Below the pieces are notes generated by a model. The model worked only from the letters and a program-made list of their open reading frames with translations, made no database searches and was not told the origin of the DNA. 64,000 bases of DNA. Source: an uncultured Spirochaetia bacterium. Lineage in GTDB: Bacteria; Oederibacteriota; PGYV01; Palsa-1178. Location of the stretch: positions 4,910-68,909 of the forward strand of contig CAZMGF010000008.1 of the NCBI GenBank assembly GCA_964565765.1. The letters are read 5' to 3'. The position numbers were made by a program, and so were the translations under genes. Within the stretch, counting starts at the first letter, position 1. The number at the start of each line of letters is the position of its first letter. This document shows positions 9,945 to 17,227 of the stretch, in pieces.

Positions 9945-11732
9945 ATGGACGCGACGCAGGTTAAAGAAGGGGAAGCGATAAACCGTATATTTGAAGGGCT
10001 GGACCAGACTGTCAAGGACGCGGTTATGGGAGCCATTGAATTTTTCAGCAAGGAAAAGTCGGAGAACGGCAACAAAATTGAGGATGTGGTAAAGGTCAAC
10101 AAGCTGCGCAACGCGTATAATTCGCTGGTGAGCGCCCTTGTCAATGAAAGGATGAACAGCCTCAATAAATTCCAGGAGCTCTTTCTATGCACCGGGGCCA
10201 TCGCGGATGTGGTCGATATAGGCGGAAATAAAATAACGCTTATGGATCCCGCTGTTTACGCCAAATTGTTCGAGGACTTCTGGAAAAAAGACGGCAACAA
10301 CCCTTTCATCTCGTCCGTATTCTCTGTAACAGATAAAATGAAGGCTCTGGCCGAGGGAAAAATAGAACTCATCGACACCTCCGGGAAAAGAAAATCAAAA
10401 AAATCCGACGATAAAGTTGACCCCAAGAAATTAAAGGCTTCGCTGGAATGGAAGAAAAACGACAGCTTAAAGGCAGGGGCAAACCTTACAAGGACCCTTG
10501 GCTCATACCTTGACAAGATGATGCAGATCGACGGCATAAAGCTTAAAACCTTAAAGTTAAATTATGACGGGTTGAACACTTATTTTAACATCCTGGGCAA
10601 AGGGGCAAAAATCTCGCCGGAAGACAAAAAAATGAAGGACGCGCTGGCCGCCCGCTCCGATATGATGGCAAAGGCGCTGGCTGATTTTACAAAACTTTAC
10701 GCTGAAACATTCACACGCGCGGCCGAAGCAGTCGATTCAATAAAGGAAAAAGTTGACGACATAAAACAAAAAGAAATTGAAATAATCAAGGCCTCATCGG
10801 CTGTATCCCTCGAGGAGAACAGCGCCGTTGATTCCTTTACATCAGAGCACTCAGATATAATCAAAAGGGATATCTCCATAATCAATTCGTTCATTGTAAG
10901 CGCGTCGGAAAAATCATCCAACAGGGTGCCTTATTCGGGCGCGAGAATCCTGCTTAATTCCCAGATACCGGACCTTGCCAGGGCCAATGACTCCTATTTC
11001 TGCACGCCCGGCGCGGTTATGGAATCGCTTAAGAAAATATGCTCCATACATACCAACGCGTTCCCCAAGGATGAGGACGGCAACTATATGATACCGCCGA
11101 TATTGATTGAGCCCATCAGGAATTATGTTGATTTCCTTGAGGACCGCTTTATTATGGGGTTTGTGACCGGAGAGCCGGGCAAAAAAGGGGCGAAAGTATC
11201 CTTTTCGCCGATAGATTTCCAGATTATGAAAGCCATCGGCATGTATCTTGCCAAGGACCCGATATACGATTACCGCGGCGAGATAAACGAAGGCACATTC
11301 ATGGGAGATTACACCGGAAAGATCGAAAAAACCGCCCAGGTAAAATGGACCGGCCAGGACAAGAAAATGAACATGGTCATATCAAGCGAGCTTGTTGACG
11401 CTGCCTCCCGTGATGATGCGGTCATCAATTACATGGATTTTGTATTCAACTGCCTTAACGGCCTCGGGCCGCCGCCGAAAATGTCAAAGAGGCGCATCAA
11501 TATACTGCTCAGGTACGCCACGATTTATTCCGTGGAAAATAATGTAAGGCTCCTTCTGCAGTATGTGGCCCAGTCTGAACCCACGGAAGTGCGCGACACC
11601 ATAATGAAATACACCAACAGGAGCGCGGACGCGGGCAGGGAAATGGTCAAAAAGATAATCAAAGAGGACGCGGTAGTGCAGAGGGTGCTGGGCAACAACC
11701 CGGACATGGTATGCGCGAAAATATTCGTATAG
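9945..11732 (+). CDS. large hypothetical cytoplasmic protein (595 aa), no recognisable motifs
   Basis: Strong SD ggaaggagaaaag before the ATG. No signal peptide or TM. Co-directional with the cNMP gene 94 nt upstream, with no intervening terminator. A terminator follows. Confidence 0.5.
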   Translation: MDATQVKEGEAINRIFEGLDQTVKDAVMGAIEFFSKEKSENGNKIEDVVKVNKLRNAYNSLVSALVNERMNSLNKFQELFLCTGAIADVVDIGGNKITLMDPAVYAKLFEDFWKKDGNNPFISSVFSVTDKMKALAEGKIELIDTSGKRKSKKSDDKVDPKKLKASLEWKKNDSLKAGANLTRTLGSYLDKMMQIDGIKLKTLKLNYDGLNTYFNILGKGAKISPEDKKMKDALAARSDMMAKALADFTKLYAETFTRAAEAVDSIKEKVDDIKQKEIEIIKASSAVSLEENSAVDSFTSEHSDIIKRDISIINSFIVSASEKSSNRVPYSGARILLNSQIPDLARANDSYFCTPGAVMESLKKICSIHTNAFPKDEDGNYMIPPILIEPIRNYVDFLEDRFIMGFVTGEPGKKGAKVSFSPIDFQIMKAIGMYLAKDPIYDYRGEINEGTFMGDYTGKIEKTAQVKWTGQDKKMNMVISSELVDAASRDDAVINYMDFVFNCLNGLGPPPKMSKRRINILLRYATIYSVENNVRLLLQYVAQSEPTEVRDTIMKYTNRSADAGREMVKKIIKEDAVVQRVLGNNPDMVCAKIFV

Positions 11733-11789
11733 CAATAAGGTAAAAGTTAAAAGGCAGAACCAATAAGTACAATTATAAAGTGTAAATTA

Positions 11790-11828
11790 AAAAAAAGGCC
11801 CCGCGAAAACGGGGCTTTTTTGTTTTTA
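11790..11828. terminator. bidirectional rho-independent terminator between convergent genes
   Basis: gccccg-cgaaaa-cggggc stem-loop flanked by an A-run (5') and a T-run (3'). Confidence 0.7.
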
Positions 11829-11881
11829 AACGTACGTTTTCTGCAGGGGCCGACTTATATGCCTGCCTTATTTTATATGTA

Positions 11882-13207
11882 TCATATAAATGCTCCGGTA
11901 ATTAAAATTACCGCCGTTCCAAAATTAATCATATTATAAACAATTGTATTTTTCTTCTCAAAAAATAATCCGTTGAAATATATCATGGCCGCCGTGATTG
12001 CCGCCACTGCAATTTTTACAGGCAAACCCGCGGCGGGCGCTGAAATACATGACCCCGCGATATAAAGCAATAAAAGAGCGGCGCTGTTTTGAAACGGCAA
12101 TAAAAACCTTCCGGGCCATTTTTTGATGATAAAACGCAGGCAAACGATAATACCAAAAGCAGCCGTAAAACATATTGATAAAGGCGCGCACGCGATTGCC
12201 GTGAAGACGCCGAGCGGAACCGCCATGGCGCTGCCTGAGGGTATTTTTTTTTCAATTGAGCAATAAAGCGCCATAAAAAGCGCCAGAAGGCAGGCGGAAA
12301 AAATAAGATAAGGGTCAAAAGGCCCGGTAAAAACAGGGGCTCCCGCGGCATGGCGCGAAGCAATAAAGCCGGAGAAGACGGCCGCTGCATAAACAAGAGA
12401 TGAAGGCGAAAAAAAGAGCGTGAGAAACCTGTTAAATTCTTTTTTGCCGTAATGCAAGTAATGTAAAACAAAGAGGAACGGAACCAGAAAAAGAAATATC
12501 ATGACTGAAATCCTTGATATGAAAGTATTCACTATTGCAGGTCCGAAAAAGAAGGCATGGACAAGGGTGTTAAATCCGGCCGGGTCAAACGGGAAAACAG
12601 GAAGAAGTATTAATACTGGAAAAGCCATTGAAGATACTGCGAGAAAATAGAGCATAAAAGAGCCTGCAGCGGACCTTAATACAGAGCCTGTTTTTATGAA
12701 AATATAGGAGCCGCAGAGGATGAATCCCGCAAAGACCTCAAACCTTATACCCGGGCATACTGAAACATCGCAGAACGGGTTGAAAAAAAGGAGAATGGCT
12801 TTTGTATAGCCCTCGATCGTATAAATATAATCTATCCTGCAGCCGCCGGGAAAAGCCGCAAAAATGTCAAAAAACGGCACAATAATTATCCAGCCGTAAA
12901 ACAAGAGCAGTATTTTTATTATTTTGACTGGCTTTTCCCCGGTGGCCGCTTTTATTGCAACGGAAAGGGTTATAAAAAGGGTGAGCCACTCCAGGTTAAA
13001 GAGGACAGCCATCTGCATTATTGTGGTCCTTATGAAAGCCACATTGAGCATAGTACGCGGCGGCTCGAGGAGCCCCTCAAAAAAATTCCTGGCAAAGGCA
13101 ATTGTCAGGATAAAGACTGTGAATTTGGCCGGAGTCAGCCCGTAATTTTCGGAAAAATTTATGAAATTTTTAATTTTATTTTCAATGCTGCCCAATTTTA
13201 TTTTCAT
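11882..13207 (-). CDS. polytopic integral membrane protein (function unknown; last gene of the pilin-like operon)
   Basis: At least 10 hydrophobic segments. The start overlaps the stop of the upstream Wzy_C gene (ATGA). Confidence 0.55.
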   Translation of the reverse strand: MKIKLGSIENKIKNFINFSENYGLTPAKFTVFILTIAFARNFFEGLLEPPRTMLNVAFIRTTIMQMAVLFNLEWLTLFITLSVAIKAATGEKPVKIIKILLLFYGWIIIVPFFDIFAAFPGGCRIDYIYTIEGYTKAILLFFNPFCDVSVCPGIRFEVFAGFILCGSYIFIKTGSVLRSAAGSFMLYFLAVSSMAFPVLILLPVFPFDPAGFNTLVHAFFFGPAIVNTFISRISVMIFLFLVPFLFVLHYLHYGKKEFNRFLTLFFSPSSLVYAAAVFSGFIASRHAAGAPVFTGPFDPYLIFSACLLALFMALYCSIEKKIPSGSAMAVPLGVFTAIACAPLSICFTAAFGIIVCLRFIIKKWPGRFLLPFQNSAALLLLYIAGSCISAPAAGLPVKIAVAAITAAMIYFNGLFFEKKNTIVYNMINFGTAVILITGAFI

Positions 13208-14964
13208 TTTACCGGGCCCTGCGCGTTAAAAATAGCCGTGCTGCCGCTGTTAACCACGCCCGGGTCTATGGTAACGGCCCTTTCAAGCTGGGCCTGCGCC
13301 TCTTTTTCACGGCCCATGGCGGAATATGACCTGAAAAGCCCGAGATGGGCCGCGGCAAGGTCCGGACAGCAGCTCAGGGCGCTTTCAAAATACTGCGCCG
13401 CGGCAGCATAATTTTTTTCATAAAGGCTGATGGAAGCTATATTGTACAGGATGTCAGGGGAATACGGGAAATAAGCCAGGGCGCGTTTGTAAGTTTCAAT
13501 TGAGGCAGCTGTGAACCCGGCTGATGATAAATAATTGGCGTAATATTCAAGGGCATAATAATTGTCGGGCTCCAGCTCAATGCTCCTGGAAAAATCAGAA
13601 AAACCCGACGCTCCTTTTTCCATGGCTTTTTCAAGGTAAAAATCAGAAGAAGCGGCTCCGGGTTTAATAAAACACATGTATATAACTGCCGGAACCGCCA
13701 GGATTAAAGCCGCCGCGCGCTTAATGTATCCTGGTATTGTAAAAGAGCTGCCGCCGGAATATCCGGCTCCAAGCGAGGCTGTCAACCCGGCTGCAATGAA
13801 ATATATTGCCGAAGAAGGGAACGAAAACAGTGGAAAATTAAAGAATGATTCGCATATTAAGAATATAAAAGCTGAAAAAAGGGCCGCGCCGAAGATATAA
13901 TCTTCAGCAGGCACGGTTTTTGACGACAGGCGGCCGAAAGAAATTGCCGTTGAAAACACAAATGCCATAAAAAGCAAAAATCCGGAAATGCCGGTCTCAC
14001 AGAGAAGCTGCAGGTAATCATTATGTGAATAAGACGAGGTTACATATGTGAAATTATGATTATTATTGATAAAATTTGCCTGCTTTTGGGGGTTAAAGCG
14101 CCTGAAAGCTCCGGCTCCGGCGCCGAAAAGCGGAGAAGCCTTAAATATATCAATGGAGGCAAGGGCCGTTAAAAGCCGGTTCTTTACCTCGGGAGAGCCC
14201 GAAGAAAAACCGTTAGCGCCGCGAGATGCCGCGTTTTTTATTGCCCCGGAAAATCCGGGAATAAAGCATATTAAAATAAAAGCGGCGCAGATAAAGGCGG
14301 CCCTTTTTTTATTCAGCCTGATTTTAAAGCCGCTGGAAAAGAAATACCAGGCAAAGGCGGCAAGAGAAATTAAAAGCGATATAAGGACACCGCGCGACGA
14401 GCACATGATAAGCGCGGGAACCGAGAGTGAAAGATTTACCGACGCGATAAGGCGGAGCGGCCCCGGATAATAGAGGGAAAAAAGCATGACAGGAACAACG
14501 GCGGCAATGAACTCGGCGAAAAAAATGGGGTTCCCGAAGGAAGAATAGGGCCTTGTTATCCCGAGAAAAGAATATTGATAAATTCCGTATAGGAGAGCCG
14601 GCAATATTACTATATTAAGAAAAAGCGATATTTTTCCGGCGGACAGGTTTGAATAAAACGCGGTAAAAAAAAGGAGCGGGGAGAAAAACAAAAGGCCGTA
14701 ATAAAAAGACGGGTGGTTCCATGAAAAAAGCAGCCTGGCCGATGAATAAAGGTAAAAAGCCGCGGCAAAAATGGATGGGAATGAAAAGCGGGTTTCGCCG
14801 CGCGCAAGAAAAAGAAGGACAAGGGTGATAATTCCGGCAGTAAATACTCCGAGTGCCTTCGGGAGCTGGTAAGCGTCGTACATATAAGGGCAGAAAATTA
14901 CAAGGCAAAATACCGCCGCGAGCAGGAGCAGGTTAAACGCGCGGCCCGGTAAAATTTTAGCCAT
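13204..14964 (-). CDS. O-antigen ligase-like (Wzy_C/PglL family) membrane protein with C-terminal TPR repeats
   Basis: Multi-TM. YSHNDYLQLLCETGISGFLLFM matches the conserved Wzy_C loop H..YL..L.E.G. The C-terminal ~150 aa are TPR-like (YYANYLSSAGF...YKRALAYFPYSPD...YAAAAQYFESAL). The probable start is the ATG at 14964 (MAKILPGRAF...), 7 nt after the upstream gene's stop; the tracked start 15084 would overlap that gene by 113 nt. Confidence 0.65.
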   Translation of the reverse strand: MAKILPGRAFNLLLLAAVFCLVIFCPYMYDAYQLPKALGVFTAGIITLVLLFLARGETRFSFPSIFAAAFYLYSSARLLFSWNHPSFYYGLLFFSPLLFFTAFYSNLSAGKISLFLNIVILPALLYGIYQYSFLGITRPYSSFGNPIFFAEFIAAVVPVMLFSLYYPGPLRLIASVNLSLSVPALIMCSSRGVLISLLISLAAFAWYFFSSGFKIRLNKKRAAFICAAFILICFIPGFSGAIKNAASRGANGFSSGSPEVKNRLLTALASIDIFKASPLFGAGAGAFRRFNPQKQANFINNNHNFTYVTSSYSHNDYLQLLCETGISGFLLFMAFVFSTAISFGRLSSKTVPAEDYIFGAALFSAFIFLICESFFNFPLFSFPSSAIYFIAAGLTASLGAGYSGGSSFTIPGYIKRAAALILAVPAVIYMCFIKPGAASSDFYLEKAMEKGASGFSDFSRSIELEPDNYYALEYYANYLSSAGFTAASIETYKRALAYFPYSPDILYNIASISLYEKNYAAAAQYFESALSCCPDLAAAHLGLFRSYSAMGREKEAQAQLERAVTIDPGVVNSGSTAIFNAQGPVK

Positions 14965-14971
14965 AAACGGA

Positions 14972-16522
14972 TTAATACGTTGGAACAGGCGTCGGGATAA
15001 GGAATGTAAACTCGCTGAATGAAAGTATCTGCACGCTTGACCCGGTGACGCCAAAAAGATTTGAGTTGCTGTTGTAATAAACATAAAGAGACGGCGTGTC
15101 GTTTACCGTATCCAGCCATAGCCTGCTGTTTTCCCCCAGATAAACCGTGCCGTATATGCAGACATTGGAATTGTTCGTGGAAGCGCCGCTGCGTACCCCG
15201 CCTATTGTAAGGTCGCCGTTGGTATATAAAAGGCCGCAGTGTTTTACATTTGAAAGATAGCCGGGTGTGCCTGTTGTAAAGTGAAGGCCGTCCGACGATT
15301 GCGGCAGGTAAAAGTTGGTGGGTGTCGGCACATTATATACCGTTGAGTAATTGCTCTGTGATGACGGGGTAAAGGTTGCGTAATGATATGTGGAGCCGGC
15401 GCTGGGGTTGTCGCCTATTAATCTTAGAGGCCCCATAACTATAACAGTTCCGTAAGTAAGATACTGGTTCGTGCTGTTTGTATAAAAGGCAATGGTATTT
15501 GCCGAGGTGTAAGTAGTGCCGCAATATGTGTTGCATGGCGAGGTCCGCACAGGCAGGCCGTCGGTGGTATCTATAAAAAGCACGCTGCCCGCGCTGTTTG
15601 CCATAGAGGTTATTGTCACGGCATTTGCCTGTGTTATTTTGGACATGGGCCAGCCAACCGGACCGAAATAGGTATTGTGGGCCTTTGCATAATTTCTGAA
15701 ATAATCAAAATCAATATCAGGTGCCGCGGCCAGGGATGAATAAGGATGCGCATGCGCGGTGGGGCTCATGTCATCGTATGTCTGGCCAAAAACAAGCGTT
15801 GAGCCTGTCCTGCCGGAATTGTATGAAACAGCGGTGTAAATGGAACCCATGGCATAAACCTGCGGCATCCAGGGCTGGTGGCCGTTAACCACATTTCCTC
15901 CCGCAACCTGTATCTGCCTGATCCTGCAGTAAGCGTCGGTTGTATTGGCTGAATATATATCACCCCAGAAAAATTCCGCCGGGTCCGCGTCGCTCCCGTT
16001 AGTGTCATAGCACGTGTCTATCATTCCCTTTGATATAAGCGGCCCGCCAAGGCCGGTCTTTTGTATTACAGCGTAAAAATCCCCTACGCAGGCTGTAATC
16101 GTAGTCATAACTTTTATGCCTATTGTACGGCTGCCATTAATATCCTGCCTCGGCTGCGTCGGGTCGGAAAGGACAGTGTAAAAAAGATTGCCCTGGGCAA
16201 TGTGAATTTCATAAGTCCCGAGGCTGGTCGTAAACTGGGTGCTGTAGTTTTGATATGCCGGAAGAGTGCTGGCGAATGTGTACCAGTTGTTGTTCTGTTC
16301 AAGTTTGTATATGCACTGCTCAAGTGCAAGTGAGGCAATCTCCTGTTTCTGCACAATGCAGCTGCCCTTTACAAGGAACTGCTGGTTGTACCTGAAAAGA
16401 AAGACAAGGGAAGCGCTCATTATGGCCAGCGTCCCGGCAAGAAGCAGTACGGTCGGCAGGGTCTGCCCCTTTTCTTTTACCGCGCTTTTTTTAACAGCTG
16501 TTTTCTTTTTTATAATGGCCAT
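14972..16522 (-). CDS. pilus-associated large minor-pilin-like protein (PilX/GspK-like N-terminal TM, lacks Glu+5)
   Basis: N-terminus MAIIKKK...KGQTLPTVLLLAGTLAIMSASLV is a single hydrophobic helix following a basic segment. It shares the MAII(K/R)K N-terminus with the 882-aa pilin. The rest is a Ser/Thr/Asn/Tyr-rich extracellular domain. Confidence 0.45.
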   Translation of the reverse strand: MAIIKKKTAVKKSAVKEKGQTLPTVLLLAGTLAIMSASLVFLFRYNQQFLVKGSCIVQKQEIASLALEQCIYKLEQNNNWYTFASTLPAYQNYSTQFTTSLGTYEIHIAQGNLFYTVLSDPTQPRQDINGSRTIGIKVMTTITACVGDFYAVIQKTGLGGPLISKGMIDTCYDTNGSDADPAEFFWGDIYSANTTDAYCRIRQIQVAGGNVVNGHQPWMPQVYAMGSIYTAVSYNSGRTGSTLVFGQTYDDMSPTAHAHPYSSLAAAPDIDFDYFRNYAKAHNTYFGPVGWPMSKITQANAVTITSMANSAGSVLFIDTTDGLPVRTSPCNTYCGTTYTSANTIAFYTNSTNQYLTYGTVIVMGPLRLIGDNPSAGSTYHYATFTPSSQSNYSTVYNVPTPTNFYLPQSSDGLHFTTGTPGYLSNVKHCGLLYTNGDLTIGGVRSGASTNNSNVCIYGTVYLGENSRLWLDTVNDTPSLYVYYNSNSNLFGVTGSSVQILSFSEFTFLIPTPVPTY

Positions 16523-16535
16523 ATTTTCCCCTTCT

Positions 16536-17204
16536 TTAATTGTAATAATAACCCGCCGAGTGCATGCGTTTTACAACGATTGTTTCCTGCGTAAATACTG
16601 TCAGCGGCGGCTGCGCCGCGAATACCCATTTGGAGAAGCGCGCCCCGACATTTATTACCGTGGCGTCCTTTGAATCGGCGTAATCAAAGCTTATCGAGTC
16701 CAGGTTTGCCGTAAGTGTAACGGTGGTGTAATATGTATTGGCGGTCACAGCGGAATTATTTGTCATATCCGTGCCTGGCAACACCTGCGGGTAAACCGCG
16801 AGAAGGTGGGAGCCGTACTGGAAAAGCTGTATCGGCGAGCCGGCGGCGCCGACTGTTGTGGTGCTTGAAGACTGCCCGGCGCAGCCGCATTTTGACTGCG
16901 TGGTGGTGATGTAAACCTGTTCAGCTATTATGGCCTCAATATATGAGTTTACAGGCTCCCCGGTGTCATACCTGGATATGGCGATTGTGGCCCCCTGGCA
17001 CTGGGTTATAAGCTTCCTTATTGTAAGCATTGTCACCCTTGATTCGCTTTCAAGGGCGATCCTTGCCGAGCCCATCTGCCACATATAATTGCCGTTCTTC
17101 AGCAGGGTAAAGATACCAACGCTTAAAATGGAAAGCAGCCCCACGGAAATCATGGCCTCTATCATTGTAAATCCTCTTTTGCCTTTTTTACCGGATAAAC
17201 TCAT
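16536..17204 (-). CDS. type IV pilin / pseudopilin with prepilin-type N-terminal cleavage/methylation motif
   Basis: MSLSGKKGKRG-FTMIEAMISVGLLSILSVGIF is a class-III signal peptide, with cleavage after G and Glu at +5. Confidence 0.75.
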   Translation of the reverse strand: MSLSGKKGKRGFTMIEAMISVGLLSILSVGIFTLLKNGNYMWQMGSARIALESESRVTMLTIRKLITQCQGATIAISRYDTGEPVNSYIEAIIAEQVYITTTQSKCGCAGQSSSTTTVGAAGSPIQLFQYGSHLLAVYPQVLPGTDMTNNSAVTANTYYTTVTLTANLDSISFDYADSKDATVINVGARFSKWVFAAQPPLTVFTQETIVVKRMHSAGYYYN

Positions 17205-17227
17205 TTTATCCCGCCTTTAATAAAATT

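Noticed and set aside
11958-12471. ORFs 11958..12191(-) and 12016..12471(-) within the membrane-protein gene
   Set aside because: Alternative frames of the same strand within a longer, hydrophobic, TM-pattern ORF (11882..13207). No independent start signals.
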